Shown one piece after another: positions 25,936 to 38,197 of a stretch of 64,000 nt of DNA. Under the pieces are notes generated by a model. That model worked only from the letters and a program-made list of their open reading frames with translations. It ran no database searches and was not told the origin of the DNA. The stretch lies in NCBI GenBank assembly GCA_904063045.1, contig CAJFCJ010000011.1, positions 930,001 through 994,000 of the forward strand. The letters are read 5' to 3'. The position numbers were made by a program, and so were the translations under genes. Numbering within the stretch: the first letter of the stretch is position 1; every line of letters begins with the position of its first letter. The DNA is from Dimorphilus gyrociliatus. Lineage: Eukaryota > Animalia > Annelida.

Positions 25936-28250
25936 CTAATGACAATGTTCATTCACATCCACCACGATAGATCTTTTCCACGAGAAAAGAAAATACCCCG
26001 CACCTGCTCCAAGCCCAACAGCCAAGCATAGCCATATATTGTATGTCATGAAAATAAGCATCAAAAAGTAGCTAACAACAACTTGAAGGATATGTAGCAG
26101 TGATTGAATGAAATGTGGTAGACTAATCATCTTCATACTATTTGAAAAAGATATATTTTTAACATATTTAAAAAAACGTAAAAATAAATATAACTAAGTT
26201 TCTAAGTAAATTAGTGTAGTTTGGCCTATTTCTGTAAAGCATATTGATTAGTAGATGCATATCGCGAGTGTTTTTGACCAGAAGCCTCCTTCAGTATGTC
26301 GACGTATTTTATTCCTAGACTTTATCTTCGTAAGGGATATGTAGGCTTATTTAGTAATTTACTTAACAAGTTTAAGTAAATAATTTGTTAACTTATAATA
26401 TAATGATACATTATAGTAATTTCGTACCATAAACAAATACAATCGAGACTTTTTAAGAGAGTAAGTATGTTAACAGTTATATACAGTATTTGATTAAAAA
26501 GGAAATAATGTGTTCTAGATTTGACTCATTAAATCTATCTTGATTAAAGCCTATTAGCACATTGAAACTTAAATATAACTATTTAATATAGAAATGAAGC
26601 TATAATGTTTGAATGAGGAAATGTTTAGTATGCAGAAGCTAGAAAAGATTAGACAAACCCAACAGTTTTATGAGTTTCGCTTAGCATAGTGCAAGTTTCG
26701 TTAGCGCCGTTGCCTTGAGAGGGAACAGGCATTGTATTATACCTAACAGATACGGATGACCGACGTAGCAGCATTTCTCTAAAAACTTTCAAGCCTTCAT
26801 ATAAGGCTGCAATAATAAATATAACAGCACAAGAACCCAGCATCCCTGCAAATAAACACGAAATAAGATTTAAGTGTTTTTTAATAAATGTAAAAGCAAT
26901 AATTAGAACAGTGAAACTAGTCCATTTTTCCCTCAATGACTAATAATCACAAAAAATAAATACACTACTTTAGTAGCAAGCACATAATACTGCCTATTTA
27001 TATATATATATATATATATACAGTATATATATTAGTATGTATATGTGTACGAATATATATATAAATATCCGAATTCAGCCACATAATTAATATTAGACCT
27101 AAGTTACGTAATTTTCCATTTGAGAAGTAACAATTGTTTAACATGGAAAAATATTTTCACGTGAAAGTAATGAAATAGTACTTCTTATATTCATCGTTGA
27201 CAGTTAAATGCATAATGTTTTCCGTATGAGAAACAATAACTATTTAGAAAATCAGAATTAAGTTTACAATCCTTAAATTGATACTCGAGTGATTAGTTTA
27301 GATAAAAAACAAAATATTATAATCCCGGTGTGATAAGGAATTGAAGGAATAAAATTTACTAAAAGGACAATTACTAAATAACTAAATTTCCATAACTTTT
27401 AGTATCAGTTGTTGTGCTCAAAGGAGCTAAAGAATTCTATTGTTGTGTGAAAGAGTAGAGACTTTCACATTTTCACAATTCCAATATTTTAAAAGATATA
27501 TTTTTATATTTGGCCTGTTGTTGGATAAAAAACATATCACAGAATATGAAAATCTTACCTTGCCATGAATCTATGTTCCATTTTTCGAATAAAATAACGG
27601 CTTTAGTAGACGCATGAAAGTACATCTGTTGTCCATATTTTCATTATATAAGGTGAAACAAAGAAATAGTGATCTACCTTCATTCCGTGTTCTACTACAT
27701 GCTTTGAATGATCCATTGGTCTTGTTGTCTAAAAGAGAAGCTAACTTAATTTTACATATATAGGTTAATCGACGTATTAAATCTATAAATAATGTAAAAT
27801 ATGTTTGTTACGTAAGTATTATCATATTTATCTAGCTGTTAAACTTATTGAAAGGCAGCTAAGACTAAATAATTGGAATTTATCTGAAATAGAATGATAA
27901 TAGAATAAAGATGGAAATATAAAACTTTGAACCGGAAATGTATACTATTCTTCAATTTTCCCTCCCACTTGCAACTCACAAACAATGTTCTGTTCTACTC
28001 AATTATTTACTAATTCTTAAGCATCGATTCTCGTACACGTATAGAAAATCCATCTATTTATGACATAACTTTCAGTAACTTTCTCAATGTCATACGCTTT
28101 TTTAGTAGTCATCCCACGCATAAGGGTAATTTATGAAGTCTATTTTTATATTTTAACGGATCATAGAAGCTTAGTTAAGTAAAATATATTTTAAAAGATG
28201 AAAGTTCTTACCATATCCATTGACATGTTTTCATGATGTTTGTGATCCAT
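25936..28250 (-). CDS. SLC31A1: High-affinity copper transporter CTR1
   Basis: His/Met-rich N-terminus [13 protein letters not shown]|[17 protein letters not shown]|MYFH, then [14 protein letters not shown]2 MxxxM (MLIFM), TM3 GxxxG and C-terminal HCH* (TAG 25936-25938). Confidence 0.95.
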
Positions 28251-28684
28251 AATTTTAGTGTGCCCTTTTTGGTGTTCTGAAAGCATATGCTATATTAGAG
28301 TATGAAATAGGGAAAAAATTTAGAGTTAATTTCACAGTCATAACTTACAGGTTTAAGTCTTTAGTTCTGAAAATAAGAATTTTCTTTTCTTTTTAGCTTG
28401 GAGACCCTATGCAGTTCACAGACTGATCACTCACAAGCATTCGGCAATTACTAACCGGTAATACTCGTATAAACGTTTATTGACCACCTATATTTTAATT
28501 AAAAGTATTTTTAAATAGCATTTCAATTTATTTGTAAAATTTAAGAATTACGCCAATTAATTAAATATTTTTTTACTTTTCTAGAATTTGTACGAAAACA
28601 ATAATAAATTTGCAGACGACAGGGTCTGACTTCGGATGTTGTAAGTTCAAAATACTCTGGAAAAGTTAAAGCTTTGTAAGAATA

Positions 28685-31600
28685 ATGTTCAATAGTGAAG
28701 ATAGTGGAGATAATGATTTTAATCTTCAAACTGGAGGGTATGTCTTTTATTTTTAGATTTTATTTAACTTATTATTTTGACGATTACATTTTTCAACATC
28801 CGCCTACTTTTTTTATTTTGCTAAGTATTTTATTTTAATTGTAGCTCAAAACTTTCCTCCTTATTTGATAATGAATCAATCGATATTGGCACTACTTTAA
28901 GCTATAAAGCTCCGAAAGAGCCGAAGAGCAATGGTAAATTTTTTTTCTTAATTTTAATTTCTTTTTATTGTGACACACTCAAATCTTAAGTTGCTGCGAA
29001 TCAAACTACTAAAACCGTAGAGAGTGCTGTTTTGTGTGCATTTGTGGTAAATACATTTAAACTGTGAGTTAAATTCAAATTTGAAACAATATTGAGATAA
29101 AAGTATTACAATTTCTCTAGTGAAAATAAGGAATACACTAGTTTTGGAAAGCTTGGATGTGCTTTAATAAAGTATATAGATAACAAACCAGTAAGTTTCT
29201 TTAACTTTTTCTTGCATAGATTGAATAGAATGATATTTTGGTAGAGTCAACTTTTGCTATACAAAACTAAACAACAACCTGTCGCATCTGTTAACGTATC
29301 AAGCTCGTTTAATTTAACTGTTCAAAAAAGAAACTATGTGACATTCTACGACGATCGCAGACAAAATTGGTCGATCCTATTCGAAAAAGAGAAGGATATT
29401 GAGAAACTCTGCTTGCTGGTAAATGAGATCCGTAAAATTTATATAATTTTGAAATTTTTTTTTGACTAGGTGTCATTGGAGACTTTTGCAAGCGGTCATA
29501 GGAAAGAAGTAGTTTTTATGAACTTGTACGAAGGAGAGGGAGACTGTATCGAAGAAAAGGATGCACTAGAAAGCTCTATTGAAGGATGGGCACTAAAAAA
29601 AATGACTCTTGAAAATCCTTTGAAAAAAGAGATTCTAAAGTTTAGAATTGGATCTCACAAAATGAACAAAGTTATTACTATTCTATATATCTATATTGAA
29701 GCTTTTTATAATATCACTTCTTCGTTTAGATTTTAGAAGACAAATTAATTGGGGCCAAGAAAACTTGCAGAATAATTTTAATTATTCCCGCTGATCAAAA
29801 TATTAAATCTTCCAAATGGCCCTTTCCTGAAAAGTGTGATTTGTTACTATTGATATCCATAGATAAGGTAGAAACATAAATTTTTTCTATTTTGCTACTA
29901 AAACTATCCCTATAAGGTTAAACGCAATAAAGCGACAAAAGAAGTGGCTTCTCCAGAATCTTCAGTTGCTTCGTCTCCTACCCATACACCTGTCCCCGAG
30001 CAAAATACTACTCAAACTAATACTAATAGCTCAGAAACTATTCAGGAAGTAAGATAGTTTTCTATAGCTTGAAATTGTTTCTTTTACCCAGCAGATGTCA
30101 TGTTTGCTTATGATTTGAAAACCGTATAACATTGAAATTTGTATTGACTAATGTAATAAAATTTCAAGTCATCGATAGCTGTTCCTTCTTTCCAATAGCC
30201 AACTGCCAACTCAACAAACTCAAGGGCACAAATTCTTTCAAAAATGGCAAAATTAGGTCAACCTTTAATTCCTATGTTTGCTGGAGGCTCTAACCCTTCG
30301 GAACCAGAAGAAGAAGAAACAGCAGCTGTAAAATCACCAAAAGGCAGTCCAGAAAAAGTATAAATTATGCAATATTTACACAGCATTGTTATCGCATATC
30401 ATATATATGATAAACTTAGGCTAAAAGAATACTATTCTCATTTCAGATTTTCCCTAGCAAACCAAAGCCTCAAATCGTCTCAAAACCTCAAATTCACATG
30501 AAACAAGAACCAGCTTCACCACAATCTGCTTACAGTAAGTTTTTCTGTACCATTAGTAATTTTTTGTTCATCGTATCTCATATTCTCTTATGGCTTCAGG
30601 CCAAAATTTTCCAGTTGCACAAAATTATCCAACAAAGGGATTACCTGGTCAAGTTGCAATCTATCAGACACCTTCTGCATTTCAAGTTGGTTATATTGCT
30701 TTATTGTTGTCAATAACTTTTTCTTTTTTTTGTTATAGCCTTTACCCCCACAAAATTTTTCCATCCCACGTATGTATATTACATTGAAAAACTAAGTCAA
30801 TATTAATTAACTATTGTTTAAACAGAACAAAATGATAATATGACGCAGATTTTGCTTTCTGAGCAAAGAACTCAAAACACAGAGATACGATTGGCAATTG
30901 GAAAAGTTCAAGATAAAGTAGAAAATGTATTAGACAAGGTTTTACAGATATTCTAAGAAATTCAGGAAACTTATATTCTAATATTTTTACAAATTTTTAT
31001 TTATAGTTAGAAAAGCAGCAACAGCTCGCATTAAATCAACAACAGAGTCAGTTATCGTACAAACAAAGCGAAAGTTTTGATGCTCTTGCATTTGCTGCCT
31101 CTTATCAAAAGTTACATCAAGTACTAGATATATATATATATATATATATAGCTCCATCTATTTAATATATGTTATCTATATAATGTTATATTTATCCAAT
31201 TCTAGGAAAATAGTAAATTAATAGAAGAAGTTGATGCGAAAAGAGCATTGGTTCAAAAATTAAATGAAAAGGTGTCTGAATTACTTTTAAAAAATCAGCA
31301 GTAAGTTTTTAGATGATTCAATATTTTATCTTTTATTATTTTAATACATTTTTTAACAGATATGTTGAACAAAGTACAAATTTATTAGAGGAAAAACACG
31401 CAGCTGTTCACAAAGTTAACGTTCATACGCAGCAGCAACTTAGTAACTTAGAGACAGAAAACGTATTCGATTTTCTATTAAAACTGCTATATCTTATTAA
31501 TTCGAAAACTTTATATCACGGCATAGAACATACTATCCATGGAACTAAACCAGGTTAAAGATACCCTGACAAAAAAAACAAACGAACTAAATTCATACAA

Positions 31601-34600
31601 GGAAATGCTATTTGAACAAAAAAGACTTGCAGAGAGCCTAAGCGAAACAGAAGTCAGATTAAATATTGAAATGGCATCTGCAATTACCAGTAATAAAGGT
31701 ATGAAATTAGATGCAGTCAAAACGTTAGATTAATTATATTTAATGAAAAAAATTAGACCTTGAAAGTGTCAATACAAAATTAACGAAGGACCTGAAAGAT
31801 GCTTTAAGGCGAGTTAGCTTATTAGAAGAAATTGTTGAAAAATTGGAAGCTTCAAATAAGGCACAAGCTGAAGTAAGCTCTTTTAATACAATTCTCAAAA
31901 CAATATATACAAAAACGCTTATTTCTAGCAAATGGAAGTTGCGATTGAAAATTCGAAAAAAAATGAAGAAGAAATAAGATTGACACTAATAGAAAAGATG
32001 ACGAATGATCATAAAGTAAAATTTTGATTTATCTTTGAGTTTGTTTATACACCAAGTAATGCAATTGTTCTTGCCTTATAAATAGGAGTCTCTAAAGGTA
32101 AAGGAAATTTCTATGAAAGAAGAAAGAAGACTAGAAGTAGACAAATTGAAGGAGACATACGAGGTAGAATTAGAGATTATAACGTTTAATTAGTCAAAGC
32201 CCATTTAAATTCTCCAGTCTAAAATAGCTGATCTTACACAACAATTCGAAGACTTACAGAAGGTAGCTATCAAGAAATTACAATGTAAAATATTTTGATT
32301 TAAAAAACTTGTTTTAAAGACAAAAGAGGATAATTACCAACTTGAATTACAAAAAAATGAAGACGAAAGAGAAAAACTAGCCGCAAAGGTTGGTTATTCG
32401 ATATGTCTTTACAATCAAAATTTAATCGATTTTTCTTAATAGTACAAAAAATTTGTTGAAAGAACGAAACTTATGAAATTAGAATATGAAAATGAGATAA
32501 CTCAATTAAAGGAATCATTGACGAGTTCTAAACATAACGTAGGCGGTACTGATGTTGGTGCTCACATAAAGAAAATAATGAATGGGTTTTATAAAGAAAT
32601 TAAAAAGCATTTTACTCGCGAAAATACGTACGAAGGAGAAAAAATCAACACTACAATATTAGAAATAGTTAAGGTATACAAAGTTAGCGACCTATTTAAA
32701 AGTATATAGTTCAATTAAGTTTCAGTCAAACGCTTGTAAAATAAGTAAATCAAGAATGTCTATATAATTACTTATTTGAAAATGAAACTAGGTATACATT
32801 ATATTAACACAAGTATATATACCTATACTATTTTCAAAATTTTATTAATCGAAATTTTTAAGGGATATTCGTAAAATATATTGTTTATTTTTTCAGGACG
32901 TGACTTTGTCGGCACTCCAACCTCAGTCGCATATTCAAGTAACTAATATCACAGACAAACACACAGAAAAGAATTCAGAAACGCAAATTGAAGAAGCACA
33001 AACCGAAAATAAGAAAGAAAAAATTGTAGCTACACAATCTGAAGTAGAGGAAGAAAAAGTTGAAGGACAAGCTGAGATTAAGGAAGAAATTCATAGGGAA
33101 GAACAAGGTGAAATTGAAGAAAAAATTCATAGGGAAGAACAAGCTGAGATTAAAGAAGAAATTCATGCGCAAGAACAATTAGAAAACGTTAAAGAAAAGG
33201 AATTAAATATTAATGTAGAAAAAGCAGAAGAAACGCAATTAACAACTAAGAAAGAAGAAGTAAAAGAACAGTTACTAGGTAATTAAGCAAGTAGAATTTA
33301 ATCACTAAATGCAATTGCCAATACCATATCTACACGAGTCTTAAATTACGAGCCGTTAATATTGAAATTGTTGAAATGTTTCATCGTTGCTCAACATATC
33401 GTCATTCTTATGTTGTTGAGCAGCTAGCTTCTTCTTCCTCTTAGGTGGGCGTGGCGATTCCTCAAAATCGTTTTCTCTTATCAATTCTTCCAGTTCTCTG
33501 GCCACATCTTCCTCGTTTAAAGAGCTGAGGTCTGACCTTTCCGATGCTAAAGAACTTTTGTCACTTAAACATTGATCCTCCGTCTGATCTAAAACTCTTG
33601 GTTTTACAGTATCCGATTCTATCACTTCATCGTTATCCGTACTCGTTGGAATACTCTCATCGCTTTCTTCCTGATCAATTATTTTATTCTCTAAATCACT
33701 TTTTGTATTTTTCGGAACTTCGTTTACTTGTAGAGGGCTATCAATTTCGTCACGTGTGTCATTTTCGATTCTTAAGTTAAACTTTTTAGGCGTATTCTCC
33801 GTATTGGTGTCGTTTTTATACATTTTGCTGTCATTTTCATATCCATTATAAAAATGGTTTGATGATGTGTTGTTCTGGTGAGAAGATGTTTGATCTCTCT
33901 CGGTATTCGTTCCAACAACTTTCAAGGTTACAGGCAATTTCGTCACACTTGATTCCATTGACGTAGTCTTTAAATTGTTTATGTGTTTGTCTTTCGGTAA
34001 CTTCGATTGTAAACGTTTTTTTTTAATTTCTGCCAGTCTTTGATCAATATTTTCGGTATTGTTAGGCGTTTTCGCAAGTATTGATTTTTTTGGTTTTTCA
34101 ATGTCTTCTCTAACCAAATTGACTGGTGGCTGTTCAATTGGCTCATTTTCTTTAGTTTCAACTTTAGCAGTTACCGTTTCTTTATTAGAACGATTAGATG
34201 ATTGCTTGTTCCCCATTGTATTTTAAGGTGATATTCCTCGTTCGCAGAGTGTCCTGAATTTATAAGGGAGCGACTTTTTCGTATATTACAGCGTGAGCGA
34301 ACCTTTTGAGTAAACACGCTCGAAATTCTATTGTCAATATGGGTGATTTCATGCACGCTTGAGTATAGATGGTGCTGAAGTCGTTTTCACGATCTGTATA
34401 TCTATTACTAATAAAGTCTTTTTACAACCAGAAGAAAAATTTTATAACGACAATGAGGAGAAAAATAGACCTATAGAAAATATAAGGTAATTCATAATTG
34501 TTACATATTGAGCAAATTTTATTTATAGTCGTTTTTCACTAGAAAAGAGTTTTCTGAAGGAAATCTCGAAGGGTTAGTACTAAATATTTCTCAACATTGA

Positions 34601-35888
34601 ACGGGTGCAATAAACTTTAATTTTTTTTAGTGAAAATTCAATAGAGTCTATTGAAGAAGAAAGGTTAGTTTTTCAACTTTATTTAAGAACAAAACAAACA
34701 AATTGAAATTTAATTTAGTGGAAAAGCGAAAGATGAGACGGCGGTAATTTCAAATGAGCAACAGGAAAATCAAACGGAAAATGTTGAATATGCATGTGAT
34801 CAGTAAGTATCTACCGAATGGTATTGTCGTTTTTTAACATTGTCGTGTTATTTTTAGAAATATAGAAGAGGTAGTAAGAAAAGAGCTCGAAAGTCCAGAG
34901 CAATTAAAAGAGAAGTTAGCTTTCAATTCTAATTATTTGTTTCGTATAAAGTATCTTCACTAGATAACTATCAGTCCTTCTCTCTCTCTTTATATATACT
35001 GTATATATATATATATAATATAAAAGGCTGTCGTTGTCATAATTATAGCATTTCATAGAGAAATTGTCAATTTTTGAGATAAATATTTCCTCATAGCAAA
35101 GTAGAGCCGCTAGAGATTGCTCAAACCGAAACACAAATTCCACCTGAAATCTCTACGGATATTGAAATTAAGTAAGATTGGTTTTTCTGAAAATAGTGCC
35201 TTTAAGTATTCTAAGAATTGCCTTTTGCAGAGAAGAAGTTAGCAACATCGAAACGACACAAAATACTGTAGACATTGATAAAAAGGTCTCGAATGAAGAA
35301 ATAGACAAAAAGTAAATTGCTATATCCTTATATAAAGAGAGAACTTTTGTAGTAAATGTGTCCTTATTGATATTTATCAGAGCCCAGCTTTTAGCTGCAA
35401 CAGCAACTGAAGAAAAGAAAAACAATAGTCAGAACGATGATAATCCATATACGGTATGTTTAAGAGAAAACGTGTAAATTTACGTTAGCGAAAGCCTTTG
35501 TTGTTTTTATTACATAAAAAGTACAAACTTTGTGTAATAGCTATTTAGATGATAAAATAGATGGTTTTTATTTCAATCTAAAAGAGAGTAGCGATTACAT
35601 AATAGATAGTTTTCTAACTTGAGGCAAATACAGATGAAAGATTCCTGTAAAATAGTGGAAAGTATCTTATATGATCATTTACAAGCGATATTATCTTGCA
35701 TAATAATAGCATGCTTTCTATCACTATGCAATAGTATGTTGAAGTCTCATTTTTTTGGATGCTTTTTCTCAATTAGTTTAAAATTCTGATCATAAAACTT
35801 TCTAAATTATATTTTACTAAAACAGGTTAGACCTCCGCCTCCTCCATTGTTTGATGATACGGACGAAGATTCGGATTGGGATATTTAA
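28685..35888 (+). CDS. FKBP15: FK506-binding protein 15 (WAFL), many exons
   Basis: MFNSEDSGDNDFNLQTGG|SKLSSLF...YKAPKEPK matches the FKBP15 N-terminus. The WH1-like region has YVTFYDDRRQNWSILF. An FKBP-like domain lies at 29470-29866. Also present: SKMAKLGQPLIP, EQRTQNTEIRLAIGKV, YVEQSTNLLEEK and KKIMNGFYKEIKKHF. The acidic exons splice in frame to a last exon VRPPPPPLFDDTDEDSDWDI* (35826-35888), which resembles the vertebrate FKBP15 C-terminus. Confidence 0.88.
33071..33178 (+). repeat. Coding tandem repeat, 3 x 36 bp (AEIKEEIHREEQ-type) in FKBP15
   Basis: gctgagattaaggaagaaattcatagggaagaacaa / ggtgaaattgaagaaaaaattcatagggaagaacaa / gctgagattaaagaagaaattcatgcgcaagaacaa. Confidence 0.9.
33356..34216 (-). 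CDS. Intronless 286-aa acidic disordered protein with an N-myristoylation motif, nested antisense in FKBP15 intron 33279-34431
   Basis: An 861-nt ORF in AT-rich DNA with a good start context (aaatacaATGG) and MGNKQS (MGxxxS). Minus-strand TATAAAT at 34258-34264 and ATTAAA at 33297-33302. It lies wholly between the FKBP15 donor (33279) and acceptor (34431). Confidence 0.75.
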   Translation of the reverse strand: MGNKQSSNRSNKETVTAKVETKENEPIEQPPVNLVREDIEKPKKSILAKTPNNTENIDQRLAEIKKKRLQSKLPKDKHINNLKTTSMESSVTKLPVTLKVVGTNTERDQTSSHQNNTSSNHFYNGYENDSKMYKNDTNTENTPKKFNLRIENDTRDEIDSPLQVNEVPKNTKSDLENKIIDQEESDESIPTSTDNDEVIESDTVKPRVLDQTEDQCLSDKSSLASERSDLSSLNEEDVARELEELIRENDFEESPRPPKRKKKLAAQQHKNDDMLSNDETFQQFQY

Positions 35889-36664
35889 AAAATACTTAAA
35901 AATTTGTACATTAAAAATTAACTTAATCAACTTTCAATTTATTTCAATTTATTGTTATTCAATAAAACGTTCTTTTTAAGAGCATAATATTTTAATTTTA
36001 TTATTTGTAATGTAAAGTTTTGCTCTTATACTCAGAATATTCTTTTAAAAATTCAAACTCTTGAGAATTCTTAAAGGCGTTAAGTAATTCTGTTTATCAT
36101 TAGTATGATCAAATATGATCATTTTCACTTCCTTTTGTCAGAATCATGAAAAAATTTGCACAAAATTTTCCCAAATTTTTTTGATAAGAAATCATTCTAC
36201 GAAAGTGAAACAATTAAATGTAAGGTATACAATCTCTGGTTTGACGTCGGAAGGCGCCATTGCTTTTTTTGGTATGGTTCCAATTTTGCAATCTTTCTCT
36301 CTGTCTAACAATCAATAGTTTCTAGCTCCATCAACCAATCAGAGAAGCTTTTAGGCACAGCTCAAGATATCAGCGCCCTCTACTTCAGAGGAGAGAATTT
36401 TTTGTTTATTTTTTATCTAAAATATTATACGGACAAACTAAATCTTTGAAGTCAGTAAGTACATTGTTTTAAAACGTATTGTAAGATTTATCAAATATCT
36501 GAATTAGAAGTCTCGATCGTGCTATATAGGTCACAAGTTAAAATTTTATAAATTCATATATCCCGAGAAGACTTGCCAGTGATAAACTAGCAACTAAGTA
36601 AACATTCTTCAATATTTTCAGTGGTAAATTAGGAATCGAGAGTTTGGCCCGGATTGCGGAATAA

Positions 36665-38197
36665 ATGAACAACATGGAAGTAGATGTACCCTCGGAAGAT
36701 CATGTGCCGAGTCGTCTGAAGAGATCAAATAGTGCGCCAATGCTAAACTTCATTCAGCCAACGACGACAGTGAAAAATAATATTTCTACCTCTAATCTAT
36801 CAAACTTTGACGGCCAATCATTGTAAGAATGTCCTTCAAACCGAAATTTTACTCTAGTATCTAATTTTTGTTTTAGCACTATATATAGGGGTAATTTGTT
36901 CAATTCAAAAACTCTTCAAGATTCGCAAAGAATCAGACGCTACAGCACAAGTCATTTGTCAGTAAATTCTCCAACGGTAAGCTCACTTTTGGAAAGCCAT
37001 GTGATTAGTTATCAAAAAAATGCATAACTTATCGCTGAAATATTTATAGCTCTTCGATAGATTTAAGAACAAAAAAATCGCTTAAAATGCGTATAATTAT
37101 AAATATTTCTCTTCAGACTCCAATCAAAAATAGATTGACGCAAATAAAGCAAGAAGAGAGTTTAACGCCAATAACAAGAGAAGTGCAGCATGAAAGGTTT
37201 GTTACTGAGAATAGTTTTACAAGGGTTATGGTTAATAATACTCAGACTTTAACTTTAATTAGAAATGTTCATGTGCAAATGCAAATGTCACATTCTTGTG
37301 AAGATTTGTCATTGTGTGACAAAGAAGATGGAAAGTGCCGACCAAAATCCTTAACGGAACAGCTGCACATTACAACTACTTTGTATGCCAGTTCTCCATC
37401 TCCCACCAGGAGTATGTTAGCAGGAAAAGTAGGACAACATCATTCTTAATTCAGTTTTTTTATATAAAATGTTACTTTTCTTTTTTTAGCAATGTTTTTC
37501 GCCATCTCAACAACAAATTGTTCCTAGTCCTTTGCCTAGTCCAACTAGACGGCCCTATAGGAGGAGTCTAAGTCCTATAGCTTCGCTAAGACCCAGTTCA
37601 ATTGGTCCAACTAAGAGAAAAAGTAAGTTCATCTTAGTTATTATGTAAATTGTAAGGAATCCAATGGTGAAATTTTTGTTTCAAAGAAATTAGCATCTAA
37701 AACCATTCATTTGCAATACATTTAGAAAATAAGGCTTATTAGCTTTAGTGTTTTCGAAGTGTATAAAAGAGGTTAAAGCTTAATTATTGGTTTTTTTTTA
37801 GTGGAAATAGATAGCCAATACGAAAACTGGTGTAGTCCGAATAAAAGAATGTCTTTTGGTTCTGCTAATCAATATACACCAGAGAGACAAGATTCAACGG
37901 GTAATTTCACTCGAAGGTAATGAAAGAGTTTTTCAAATGTCTAAGAAATAATTAAAGTAAACAATAATCAATAACAGGAATTCATCAACACCCAGTAGCG
38001 CCGAGTGTGAGGAACCGATGTGCCAATCTTCATATATATTTCGTCCAGTCCGAAATTCCACGGAATCAGTATCAAGTGACTCTGAGTCTGTTTTAAGTCC
38101 TATCAGATATTGCACCCCTTTTAATCTCTCTCCTCTCGTTACTCCTGTCAATGGTACGCCACTAAGACAAACTACCGAAAATTGCGATGCCACTTGA
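36665..38197 (+). CDS. FAM122A: FAM122/PABIR family PP2A-B55 inhibitor
   Basis: MEVDV...LKRSNSAPML, RLTQIKQEE...REVQHER...QMSHSCEDLSL, SSPSPTR, QCFSPS...PSPLPSPTRR...RRSLSP...RPSSIGPTKRK. Seven exons join in frame to TGA at 38195-38197. Confidence 0.9.

Noticed and set aside
33284-33286. Apparent FKBP15 stop (ORF 32900-33286)
   Set aside because: A phase-1 donor at 33279 continues in frame through nine further exons to the conserved C-terminus. The stop could only end a minor intron-retained isoform.
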